A stretch of DNA of 64,000 nt from Thermodesulfobacteriota bacterium (GTDB taxonomy: Bacteria > Desulfobacterota > Desulfarculia > JACQYL01), in the NCBI GenBank assembly GCA_963675595.2, contig CAXXLZ010000001.1, positions 224,001 to 288,000 on the forward strand. Reading direction: 5' to 3'. How positions within the stretch are numbered: position 1 is the first letter of the stretch; each line of letters starts with the position of its first letter. This document shows, piece after piece, positions 30,769 through 39,668 of the stretch. The notes below the pieces were generated by a model. It ran no database searches, was not told the origin of the DNA, and saw only the letters and a list, made by a program, of their open reading frames with translations. The translations under genes were made by a program, and so were the position numbers.

Positions 30769-33006
30769 ATGATGAGTTTGAGGCCGTATTTTGTAGTCCT
30801 GCTGTTGATTTTGAACGCTTTTGTCATGGGATCGTCACCGGCCCGGGCCGAAGATGCTGAAGAACCGGTCGCCGAGTCGGCTTGGACATGGGAAAACCCG
30901 TTCCCGCAGGGCAACGCTTTGAACGACATTTGGACGGAAGGATCCAATGCGTTTACGGCCGTGGGCGAAGGGGGCGCGTTGGTCCGGTTTGATGAGGGGC
31001 TGACGCAGGCTTATGCTCCGGGGATTCGCAACGAGATACTGGCGGTTTGGGGGGTTCGGAAAGACTCGGTGTACGCCGTGGGCACGGGCGGAACCATCCT
31101 GCACTTCGACGGTGAGACCTGGAACCTCATGGAGAGCCCCGTAACCGACTACGACCTGACCGGAGTGTGGGGGGCCGACGACGAAGACATATTCGCGGTG
31201 GGACGTTCCAGTTCACAGGATAAGTTTCAGGGTGTGATTCTGCGTTACGACGGCACTTCATGGCAGGAGATGTTCGTCGACCTTGAAGATTTCGAATTGA
31301 GCGGGGTTTGGGGAAAGTCGGGAGACGACGTCTGGGCGGTGGGTTTCCACTACGGTGCACAAACGCTGAGTGGAATCATCCTTCATTATGACGGCAGTGA
31401 ATGGCGCATCTCGTCGCGGGCCACCTATCCTCCTTTATACGACATCAATGGGAATATCCACGGCTTGGCTTACGCCGTCGGTTCCGATGGAGCGGTACTC
31501 CGACTGGAGGAGTCCGGTTGGACCGTAATGAACTACACTTCTTCCGAACTCGACGACCTCTCCTGGAGCGAGTTGAGGACCGTTTCCGTGGCCGGGGACG
31601 GGTCCATGGCCGTGGTGGATGTGTGGCAGAACCGAGTCCTTTCTTGTGTCGCGGACGTCTGTCGATGGATTGAGGCGCCTTCCGATTTGAGAGATATCCG
31701 GGCTGTGAGCGGCACCGAAACTCTCAACCTCACCGTGGCCGGGGAGGAGGGCAAAACCTATCGTTTCGAGAGCGAAAGTTGGGTTCCTCTGACGTATTCC
31801 CGCACTCGGACGACCTTGAACGACGTCCATGGCTCGGACGGAGAAAACGTTTACGCCGTGGGAGAAGAGGGAACGATTCTCCATTATGACGGGGTGACTT
31901 GGTTTTCCATGCGGTCGGGTGTTGAAGAAGCCTTGAACGGCGTTTGGGCCAGTCCTTGGAGTGCGGTTTTCGCGGCGGGTGAAAAAGGACGCGTTCTGAT
32001 CAGACTTGGGGATCGTTGGATTCCCATGGCCACCGGCACCGACGCCGACCTGAATGCAGTGGGAGGCTCCATCGAGATAGCCGAGCACGGAGTCTACGCT
32101 GTCGGAGACGGCGGCGTAGTGATACATTTCGACGGATCGGCGTGGTCGCGAATCCCTCTGGAAGAAGAAGCGAACCTCAACGACCTCTGGGTGACTCGCG
32201 AGGGGATGGTCTACGTGGTGGGAGACGGCGGGCTGATCCTCAGATACCGCAATTCACAATGGTCGTATATGGAATCCGGGACGGATCAGGATTTGAACGT
32301 GGTCGTGGGACGTCGCCCCGGGCTCTGGTCGCAGGTACCCGTGGCGGCCGGAAAGGGCGGAAAGGTGCTCTTCTACGACGGGATTTCCTGGGTTGATATC
32401 TCTCCGGGTGAATCTCTTGACTTCCGGGCGATTCTATCCAATTACAGGGATGACATCTTTGTGGTGTCGGCGGAAGGGGTCACCTACCGATACGACGGCA
32501 ACTCCTGGACAAGAGGCGTGGCTCCCATTGCGGAAGGCATTCTTTCCGGTTGGGGAAGGCCGTTGGGAGATTCCGTCATCGTAGGACAGTCCGGAGCGAT
32601 TCTGCGCTTTTCCGATCAGGCGCCTTCGGCTCCGGCGGTTAAGCTGTATACCGACAAAGAATCCTATTCATTGTCGGACACGGTGGTTGTGTCCGTTGCG
32701 GTCGAAAACAGGGGGCCGGCGGTTTTCGGTTCTCTGTATGTGTATTTGAGGACGCCCGCGTCCATTGAGGATATCTCGTATCTTTCAAGTGCGGGGTGGC
32801 GGGACAGTTCGGTTCCCTTGTTTGATCCGATTTTCATTCCATCCGGTTACAGCCTGCAGGCGGAGTTGTTCACCATCCAACTGCCCATTTCGTTTCCGCG
32901 GGTGAATCAGCCCGGCACGTACCGGCTGGGGATAGGCTTTTTTTCGAGGGAAGACCGGCAGCCCATCGGAGAGACTTCGGTGACGTTGTTCGAAGTGGTG
33001 GAATGA
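30769..33006 (+). CDS. Secreted beta-propeller repeat protein with C-terminal Ig-like domain
   Basis: Signal peptide and many ~40-aa repeats of L-x-x-VWG...(V/I)(Y/F)AVG-x-x-G-x-ILHYDG-x-x-W; WENPFPQGNAL. Confidence 0.85.
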   Translation: MMSLRPYFVVLLLILNAFVMGSSPARAEDAEEPVAESAWTWENPFPQGNALNDIWTEGSNAFTAVGEGGALVRFDEGLTQAYAPGIRNEILAVWGVRKDSVYAVGTGGTILHFDGETWNLMESPVTDYDLTGVWGADDEDIFAVGRSSSQDKFQGVILRYDGTSWQEMFVDLEDFELSGVWGKSGDDVWAVGFHYGAQTLSGIILHYDGSEWRISSRATYPPLYDINGNIHGLAYAVGSDGAVLRLEESGWTVMNYTSSELDDLSWSELRTVSVAGDGSMAVVDVWQNRVLSCVADVCRWIEAPSDLRDIRAVSGTETLNLTVAGEEGKTYRFESESWVPLTYSRTRTTLNDVHGSDGENVYAVGEEGTILHYDGVTWFSMRSGVEEALNGVWASPWSAVFAAGEKGRVLIRLGDRWIPMATGTDADLNAVGGSIEIAEHGVYAVGDGGVVIHFDGSAWSRIPLEEEANLNDLWVTREGMVYVVGDGGLILRYRNSQWSYMESGTDQDLNVVVGRRPGLWSQVPVAAGKGGKVLFYDGISWVDISPGESLDFRAILSNYRDDIFVVSAEGVTYRYDGNSWTRGVAPIAEGILSGWGRPLGDSVIVGQSGAILRFSDQAPSAPAVKLYTDKESYSLSDTVVVSVAVENRGPAVFGSLYVYLRTPASIEDISYLSSAGWRDSSVPLFDPIFIPSGYSLQAELFTIQLPISFPRVNQPGTYRLGIGFFSREDRQPIGETSVTLFEVVE

Positions 33007-33139
33007 GAAGATACCAAGGGAGAACGAGTCGGTTGTCGTGGAGCCGACAGGTGCGAAAAACCTACGTGGGCGGTTGAGAACGTACACAGTGGTCGGATTG
33101 AGCCGGCCTTAGGCGACCGGGCAAAGTTGAATCTAATAA

Positions 33140-33152
33140 AATCAGGCAGTTA
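33140..33152 (+). promoter_or_regulatory. IHF binding site upstream of the sigma-54 promoter
   Basis: AATCAGGCAGTTA matches WATCARNNNNTTR, has an A/T tract on its 5' side and lies at -53 to -41 from the predicted start. Confidence 0.65.
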
Positions 33153-33165
33153 TCGGATGTAATGA

Positions 33166-33182
33166 TTGGCATGGATATTGCT
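33166..33182 (+). promoter_or_regulatory. Sigma-54 (-24/-12) promoter
   Basis: TTGGCATGGATATTGCT has GG-N10-GC spacing and matches TGGCAY-N5-TTGCW; predicted +1 is the A at 33193. Confidence 0.85.
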
Positions 33183-33192
33183 CCATGGAGCG

Positions 33193-33303
33193 ATGAAAAG
33201 GGGAGCCGCCCCAAATACTCCGCTCGGGGCGGCAAACCAACAGTAAAAACTCCTTCCTCTCAAAAGTGGGTGCGCTCGAGCGCTGAACCCACTTTTGTTT
33301 TTC
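33193..33303 (+). ncRNA. Putative sigma-54-dependent small RNA (~110 nt)
   Basis: Bounded by the sigma-54 promoter and an intrinsic terminator. Contains the hairpin GCCGCCCC/GGGGCGGC (33205-33233) and a single-stranded ACTCCTTCCTCTC tract. Confidence 0.65.
33262..33303 (+). terminator. Rho-independent terminator
   Basis: AAAAGTGGGT (33262-33271) and ACCCACTTTT (33287-33296) enclose GCGCTCGAGCGC, followed by GTTTTT. Confidence 0.8.
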
Positions 33304-33442
33304 TGGGGTAACATATTGATATGACTGTAAAATTTAGGAAGGTTGATTAAGTAGAAAGGACAAGTATATTATGGGGACAGGTTTTTTCGCTCCCGGGTGG
33401 ACCGGTCGGGATATCGACATCGCGTCACACCGGTGACCGGCA

Positions 33443-34423
33443 ATGCGGAGCCTGTCCTATGCGGCATTTCTTCCCGTGATGACCCTTCATATCGAGGCGG
33501 TTCCCATCGGTCGCAGGATGCGCGGCGCCTTGAGGGCGGTCGCCTTCTTGTTTTCATTTCTTCTGCTGCTCTCGGCTTGGACTTCAGTTCGCTCCGAGGA
33601 GAGCGGCGGAACCGCCGTTCTGATTTCCGATTCCATTCGCCCTTACATCGAGGCCGTCGAGGGCTTTTCCGAGTCTATGTCATCCGAAGTCGTCGAGTTC
33701 ACGCTGTATTCCAAAAAGAAGTCGCTTCCTCCCAAAGTCACTGATTCTTCATGGGAATTGGTGCTTGCTGTAGGTCCCAACGCCGCCGGACTCCTGATCG
33801 AGCTCCCGCCGTCGATTCCACGGATGTACACCATGGTATTGAATCCACGTGACGCCCTTCCTAAAGGTATGGATGTGCCCGGTGTCTCGCTGAATATTCC
33901 CGCCGACCTACAACTTATTGTAATATCAGAACTATTGCCGAAAGTGAAACGGGTCGGCGTCTTCTACGACAAACGATTCAATGCCGACCACATTGCACAG
34001 TTGCTGGACGCGGCATCGACTTTGGGTTTAGAAGTGATTCCGGTTTCCGTTACATCGAAACGGGAACTCAGGGACTCTCTCACCGGTCGCCTACCGAACC
34101 TTGATGCCGTTCTGATGGTGCCCGACCCCACGGTGATTTCCGAATCGGTGGTGGTTTTCGTGATCAAGGAGTCCTTGAAGAGCAGAGTGCCGGTGATTGG
34201 TTACAATCGGTTTTTCCAGGAGGAGGGGGCGTTGTTTTCGTTTATTATTGATTACCGCGAAGTGGGGCGTAAGACCGCCGAACTGGCCCAACGTCTGCTG
34301 AGAGGAGAGCATGTGGGTTCGGAACCTCCCCCGATTCAAGTGAGGATCAATCGTAACCTTGCGAGAAAGTTCGGCTTTACGCTTGGGGAGTTGCCTCCCG
34401 CGGTGAAGGAGGACGCCTCTTGA
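33443..34423 (+). CDS. ABC_sub_bind-type periplasmic binding protein (sensor-associated)
   Basis: Signal peptide, VLAVG, PGVSLNIP, PKVKRVGVFYD, DAVLMVPD, GALFS and INRNLARKFG. No permease nearby. The start may be 33518. Confidence 0.85.
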   Translation: MRSLSYAAFLPVMTLHIEAVPIGRRMRGALRAVAFLFSFLLLLSAWTSVRSEESGGTAVLISDSIRPYIEAVEGFSESMSSEVVEFTLYSKKKSLPPKVTDSSWELVLAVGPNAAGLLIELPPSIPRMYTMVLNPRDALPKGMDVPGVSLNIPADLQLIVISELLPKVKRVGVFYDKRFNADHIAQLLDAASTLGLEVIPVSVTSKRELRDSLTGRLPNLDAVLMVPDPTVISESVVVFVIKESLKSRVPVIGYNRFFQEEGALFSFIIDYREVGRKTAELAQRLLRGEHVGSEPPPIQVRINRNLARKFGFTLGELPPAVKEDAS

Positions 34424-35901
34424 AATCGGAAGCAAACCAGACCGGGAAGCAACGTCCCGCGTCGCTTTTGGTAAGAATCCTGTCGTCTTCGGTTCTGCTC
34501 ATCGCAGTAACGGGAGTTTTTCTGGGGTACACCGGCGTGCAGCTCATTCAGGACTTCGCCAAGGAAAGATTCGACGAGCGGATGCAGTTCTTGGCGCGTC
34601 ATCTGGCGCTTAACGCCGAGCTGGGTTTGCTCGTGGAACAGCGCAACGCTCTGGAGCGATTAGCGGACAACATCCTGGCGGAAAAGGGTGTGGTTCGGGT
34701 TGTCATCGAGGGAGGAGCGGAGCCCATTACGGCGGAAGCCATAGACGGGAAAAAGACGGGCCTGCAGCAGGTCAGCCGATTTGTCACCACTCCGGCAATG
34801 GACGTGGAAAATGTGGTGTTCGAACCGGGTTCCTTGACGGAAGGGTTGCTTCAGGAGAACGTCATAGGAAAGGTGACCATCTTCTACACCGATCAGGAGC
34901 TTCGAGCCTTGATTCGTTCCTTGGGCCTTCGTTTCGCCATGGTGGCCGTCGGAATCTGTTTGCTGGGTACGGTGTTCATGCTGTTCATCTCGCGTTCGAT
35001 TCTGGCGCCTCTGCGCAAATTGGTGGTCGCGACGCAGCGTGTAAGCGGGGGCGAGTTGAACTTGGAAGTGGAAGGAGGACACGTCAGGGAGACGGATGAC
35101 TTGGCCCGGTCGTTCAATACGATGTTGCATTCCATTCGAGAAAGCAGGGCCGCGCTCAGGGAATCCTACGAGGAACTTGCCAAACAGAAGAACATGGCGG
35201 AGGTGGGTAAATTCAGCATGGTGCTGACCCACGAATTCAAGAATCCCCTGAGCATCGTCAAAGGTTCTCTTGACATTCTAAAAAAACCCGATATTCCTTC
35301 GGAGACACGGGCCTTGATGATTACTTATATGCAGGAGGAAGTGCTCCGCATCGACCGACTCATTGAGGAATTCCTGCTGTTTTCCAAGCCGAAGAAACCC
35401 GACATGAAACCCTGTCCGGGCGACGCCCTGCTGGGTCGCCTGGCCGAAAAATTTCGGGTGAGAATCGGTTCATCGGGGCCCCGCATTGAATTCATTCCCG
35501 CGGAGGAACCGGTCTATATTCTGCTGGATGAAACCCTGTTCACCAGGGCCCTTGAAAACGTCATCAAGAATGGGGTTGAGGTTTCGGAGGAGTCCGGGAG
35601 GGTACTGATTCGTTCGACCGTGACGGACGGGAACTGGAAAATTGAGATTTCCGATGAAGGCCCCGGCATTCCCCAAGAGGTCAAGGAATTGGTTTTCGAA
35701 CCGTTTTACTCCACAAAAGCCAAGGGAACGGGTCTGGGAATTCCCACCGCGGCCAATGCACTGGCCGCCCACGGGGGCAAACTGGAGATCGCCGAGAATC
35801 ATGACGGCGGCAAGGGCACCACTTTCATCATTTCCCTGCCCATGACCCGGGAACCCAAGGACAACGGAGAAGCCCATGGCGTCGATACTGGTCGTCGATG
35901 A
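34420..35901 (+). CDS. HAMP-domain sensor histidine kinase
   Basis: Two TM helices, HAMP, H-box LTHEFKNPL, N-box ENVIKNG, DEGPGI, FEPFYSTK and GTGLG. Confidence 0.95.
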   Translation: MKSEANQTGKQRPASLLVRILSSSVLLIAVTGVFLGYTGVQLIQDFAKERFDERMQFLARHLALNAELGLLVEQRNALERLADNILAEKGVVRVVIEGGAEPITAEAIDGKKTGLQQVSRFVTTPAMDVENVVFEPGSLTEGLLQENVIGKVTIFYTDQELRALIRSLGLRFAMVAVGICLLGTVFMLFISRSILAPLRKLVVATQRVSGGELNLEVEGGHVRETDDLARSFNTMLHSIRESRAALRESYEELAKQKNMAEVGKFSMVLTHEFKNPLSIVKGSLDILKKPDIPSETRALMITYMQEEVLRIDRLIEEFLLFSKPKKPDMKPCPGDALLGRLAEKFRVRIGSSGPRIEFIPAEEPVYILLDETLFTRALENVIKNGVEVSEESGRVLIRSTVTDGNWKIEISDEGPGIPQEVKELVFEPFYSTKAKGTGLGIPTAANALAAHGGKLEIAENHDGGKGTTFIISLPMTREPKDNGEAHGVDTGRR

Positions 35902-36247
35902 TGAAGAAAGAATGCGTCACATCCTATCCATCATGCTTGAGCTTCGAGGACACCAAGTGGAACAGGCGGGTGATGGAGAAGCGGCGCTTGAAATCATAAG
36001 GAAGAAGAGATTCGACCTCTTGATCCTCGATGTGAAGATGCCCAAGATGGACGGAATAACTCTTCATAAACATGTGAAGGAAATCGATCCCTCTTATCCC
36101 GTTATTTTCATAACCGCTTTCGGCTCCATCGATTCTGCGGTTCAGTCCATGCGGGAGGGGGCGTTTGATTACATTACCAAGCCCTTTGACGAAGACCGCA
36201 TCCTTTCCAGTGTGGACGCAGCCACTCAAGATGCGGGGAGGAACTAA
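35876..36247 (+). CDS. Stand-alone response regulator receiver
   Basis: ILVVDDE, phosphoacceptor LDVKMP, ITAFG and YITKPF; no output domain. Confidence 0.93.
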   Translation: MASILVVDDEERMRHILSIMLELRGHQVEQAGDGEAALEIIRKKRFDLLILDVKMPKMDGITLHKHVKEIDPSYPVIFITAFGSIDSAVQSMREGAFDYITKPFDEDRILSSVDAATQDAGRN

Positions 36248-37611
36248 TGGCACACATTCTCGTGGTTGATGATGAAGAGAAGATGCGCCATATTCTTTCG
36301 ATCATGCTGGAGCTCAAAGGCCATACGGTCGAGCAGGCCCCGGACGGGGAAAGCGCTCTCAACATGGCACGGGCCAAACGGTATGATTTGCTGATTCTCG
36401 ACATCAAAATGCCTGGGATGGACGGGATCACCCTACACCGAAATCTCCGGAAGATTGACCCCAATTATGCCGTTATCTTCATCACGGCTTTCGGTTCGGT
36501 GGATTCCGCGGTCCAGACAATGCGGGAAGGCGCGCTTGATTACATTACCAAGCCTTTTGATGAGGATCGAATCCTTGTGACGGTGGACCGTGTCGCCAAG
36601 ATGTCGCGGCTCATGTCCGAAAATGAGGGGCTTCGTAAGGAGATTGCCGAGCAAGCCGGACTTTCCGACTTGATATGTGTTTCGCCGGCCATGAGGAAGA
36701 CGCTCGAGATGGCCGGAAAAGTGGCGCAGAAACAGGAAACCACGGTGCTACTGAGTGGCGAGTCCGGAACCGGTAAGGAAATCGTGGCCAGGTTTATCCA
36801 TGCGAACAGTCCCAGGGCCAAAGGACGCTTTGTGGCGGTGAACTGCGCGGCCATTTCCCCCAACCTTGTCGAATCCGAGCTTTTCGGCCATGAAAAGGGT
36901 GCCTTTACCAGCGCGAGTTCTCAGAAGACGGGCAAGTTCGAGTACGCCTCGGGGGGGTCCTTGTTTTTGGACGAAGTGGGAGACCTCCAGTTTGAGGCTC
37001 AGGCGAAGGTGCTGCGCGCACTTCAGGAGAAGACCTTTGAACGGGTGGGGGGCAACAAGCCGATCGTCGCCGATGTCCGGGTAATTTGCGCCACGAACAA
37101 GGACTTGGCCAAAATGGTGGCTGAGAAGCAGTTTCGGGAGGACCTTTACTACCGGATCAACGTATTTCCGATCCTGATCCCGCCCCTCCGGGAGCGCAGC
37201 GAGGCCATCATTCCATTGGCGGAGTATTTTATCGATAAGTTCGGCCGGGAAGTTCATTTCAAGCCTCAACTCAGCGAGGGAGCCAAACAGCTTCTCCTTC
37301 GCCATTCCTGGCCGGGAAACGTGCGAGAATTGGTGAACGCCATGGAGCGAGCCGTCATTCTGGCCGGAAGCGATTCGGTGATCAGCGAGTCTACGCTTTC
37401 ATTTCTGGCGGGTGTGACAAAAGAGACGGCCAAAGATGATTTCTCGCTTCCTCCGGGGGGCATCTCTCTCGAAGAACTCGAACGAGATCTGGTTCTTCAA
37501 GCGCTGTCCACGGCGAACAACAACAAGACCGTAGCCGCCAAACTGTTGGGAATCAGTCGATCCAAGTTTCGAAGAAAGTTGAACAATCTCCTCGGGGAAA
37601 CCAAGGATTGA
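36247..37611 (+). CDS. Sigma-54-dependent NtrC-family response regulator
   Basis: Receiver domain, GESGTGKE, ESELFGHEKGAFTSA, FLDEVG, FREDLYYRIN, WPGNVREL and a Fis-type HTH. Confidence 0.96.
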   Translation: MAHILVVDDEEKMRHILSIMLELKGHTVEQAPDGESALNMARAKRYDLLILDIKMPGMDGITLHRNLRKIDPNYAVIFITAFGSVDSAVQTMREGALDYITKPFDEDRILVTVDRVAKMSRLMSENEGLRKEIAEQAGLSDLICVSPAMRKTLEMAGKVAQKQETTVLLSGESGTGKEIVARFIHANSPRAKGRFVAVNCAAISPNLVESELFGHEKGAFTSASSQKTGKFEYASGGSLFLDEVGDLQFEAQAKVLRALQEKTFERVGGNKPIVADVRVICATNKDLAKMVAEKQFREDLYYRINVFPILIPPLRERSEAIIPLAEYFIDKFGREVHFKPQLSEGAKQLLLRHSWPGNVRELVNAMERAVILAGSDSVISESTLSFLAGVTKETAKDDFSLPPGGISLEELERDLVLQALSTANNNKTVAAKLLGISRSKFRRKLNNLLGETKD

Positions 37612-39551
37612 GACCGGGTTACTCGCTTCAGATACGCTGGACCATTCCAATCTTCATCTTACTGACGCTCTTCGCAGCGAGTTTGGTGGAGGCCGATGAA
37701 TGGGCGCAAACGGACAGCACCCTGCTGATGTTCGTGGGTGAAGACCTGTCCGTGCTGTCCATCGCGTCCAAAAGGGAAGAGCGTGTCCAGGAGGCCCCGG
37801 CCTTGGCCAATGTGGTCACTGAAACCGAAATACGAAAATACGGATTCGATACCCTTGGTGAGGCTCTCTCCACGACTCCGGGTTTCTATGTGGGGCACCA
37901 GGACCGGAGGAGCAGAGCGTATTTGAGGGGCGTACGGGATTCCACCCTGTTCCTGTATGACGGTATTCCGTTCAGTAATGATTCCTCGAACAAAAGTGTG
38001 CCTTTGGATCGGGAATTATTCACCTCTTGGATTAAGCGCATCGAAATCGTGCGGGGGCCGGGTTCCGTGCTTTGGGGACCGGACGCATTTTCCGGTGTGG
38101 TCAATGTGGTTCCTCTCAAGGGGAAGGACCTCAACGGCGCGGAAGTAGGAGTTTACGGGGGCAATCCCGGTCGGTACGGAGGGTATGCCCAGTGGGGTCA
38201 AGTCATCAATGGCTGGGATGCCTTTATTTCCGTAAACGGCTCGGAAAGCGACAATTTTCGGGATCGATACCGTACGCGAAGCAGCGATTCGGAGAATCCC
38301 GTGATCGAAGGTTCCGTGGAGAACGACAAGGCCGTGGAGGTTGTAGCCAGTTGTTCCTACAGGAATTTGCTCAGGATTTCGGGGAGGTTCTCACATTTCA
38401 AGGATTACTTGACTCTGAAGACCCAGAGCGGAAGAGTCGAGCCCGGAGAACGTTCCGAGCCGTTCAGCATGGTCAAAATCGACTTGAAACAGGAACTCTG
38501 GGGCGGCGACTTGAGAATGCACAGTTTTTTCAATCACTTCGATTTAGATAACAAGGAAGGGACCGACGAGCTGAAGCAGGAAAACGATACCTATCACTTA
38601 GAGCTCCTCTATGATCGATCCTTTTGGCGTGACGGTCTTCTTACGTTCGGTACCTCCTACAGAAGCAACTCAGCCACGGAACGCTTCGTTTCAAACGATC
38701 CTTTCCTGGGTGAAACAAAGGTGGACCTCAAGTATGACTCGGATCTGTACTCCGTTTTTTCTCAGCTCAGACAGCGACTTGGAGATTTTGACGTTTGGTT
38801 CGGAGCACGCTTCGATTCCCACAGCGAATACGACGATACTTTCAGTTTTCGAGCCGGTTCCACCTGGTTGGCCGATAATGACTTCATTCTGAAGCTGCTT
38901 CTGGGTACCGCATTCAGGACCCCGGCCAATATCCAGGCCAAACAGTCCGGGAACCTCGACACGGAGCAAGTGATGGCGGTGGAGCTTTCAGCGGACTGGA
39001 ATGTGACCACGGATCTGCATGTTCGCGCCACCGTGTTTCATCACCAACTCCGCGACCTGATTCAGCAGAATTCGGAAGGTCTGGTGTCCAATCGGGACAG
39101 CGAGCACATCACGGGAACCGAGCTGGAAGCGACTTACAACCCCACTTCCTCGCTGGAACTCTTTGCCAACGGGACTTTCATGGACTCATCGGATGACCCG
39201 ATTCAACTGGAGGGACTCCGTGAGGACCGTTACGATCCCGGCCCCTCGTCCATGGCCAATTTGGGGGCGCACTGGAACTTCTACAAGAATTTCAACGCCT
39301 CGCTGCGCTTTCGTTTCCTCGGTGAACGAGAAGTGGCACGTATTGTTCTGGAAACGGCGGAACGCCCCAAGGCGGATGCGGTGGTGCTGGGATTCCTGAA
39401 CGTGTACGCGGAGGACCTTTTCACGGATGGGCTTACCGCGGGGATCAAGATCGACAACCTTTGGGACGCGGACTACAAGGAACCGGGCAATTTCGACCTG
39501 ATCCAGGGGGATCCGCTCACCTGGAGGTTTTACCTTCAGTACGCCTTCTGA
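37608..39551 (+). CDS. TonB-dependent receptor
   Basis: Signal peptide, plug motif IKRIEIVRGPGSVLWGPDAFSGVVNV, IDNLWD and terminal YLQYAF. Confidence 0.93.
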   Translation: MRPGYSLQIRWTIPIFILLTLFAASLVEADEWAQTDSTLLMFVGEDLSVLSIASKREERVQEAPALANVVTETEIRKYGFDTLGEALSTTPGFYVGHQDRRSRAYLRGVRDSTLFLYDGIPFSNDSSNKSVPLDRELFTSWIKRIEIVRGPGSVLWGPDAFSGVVNVVPLKGKDLNGAEVGVYGGNPGRYGGYAQWGQVINGWDAFISVNGSESDNFRDRYRTRSSDSENPVIEGSVENDKAVEVVASCSYRNLLRISGRFSHFKDYLTLKTQSGRVEPGERSEPFSMVKIDLKQELWGGDLRMHSFFNHFDLDNKEGTDELKQENDTYHLELLYDRSFWRDGLLTFGTSYRSNSATERFVSNDPFLGETKVDLKYDSDLYSVFSQLRQRLGDFDVWFGARFDSHSEYDDTFSFRAGSTWLADNDFILKLLLGTAFRTPANIQAKQSGNLDTEQVMAVELSADWNVTTDLHVRATVFHHQLRDLIQQNSEGLVSNRDSEHITGTELEATYNPTSSLELFANGTFMDSSDDPIQLEGLREDRYDPGPSSMANLGAHWNFYKNFNASLRFRFLGEREVARIVLETAERPKADAVVLGFLNVYAEDLFTDGLTAGIKIDNLWDADYKEPGNFDLIQGDPLTWRFYLQYAF

Positions 39552-39668
39552 CGGAGACGCATGCAGTCGATGGAAACCGTGTTCAAGGCGTAGCTGTAAG
39601 AATCCGGCATCGGCGGAAGGCGAGAAAGACGACGGTGAGTCTCCGGCTTACCGACAGATTTCGTATGA

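Noticed and set aside
33040-33110. Three GGT-starting motifs as activator enhancer sites
   Set aside because: The position is right but the similarity is too weak to call without comparative data.
33193-33246. 17-codon ORF MKRGAAPNTPLGAANQQ inside the putative sRNA
   Set aside because: Its ATG sits at the predicted +1, the GGAG is only 2 nt away and upstream of the TSS, and the peptide is featureless. A leaderless peptide cannot be fully excluded.
36898-36915. GAFTSA instead of GAFTGA as a sign of a sigma-54-independent activator
   Set aside because: The critical F and T are retained, and position-5 variants are common in functional activators.
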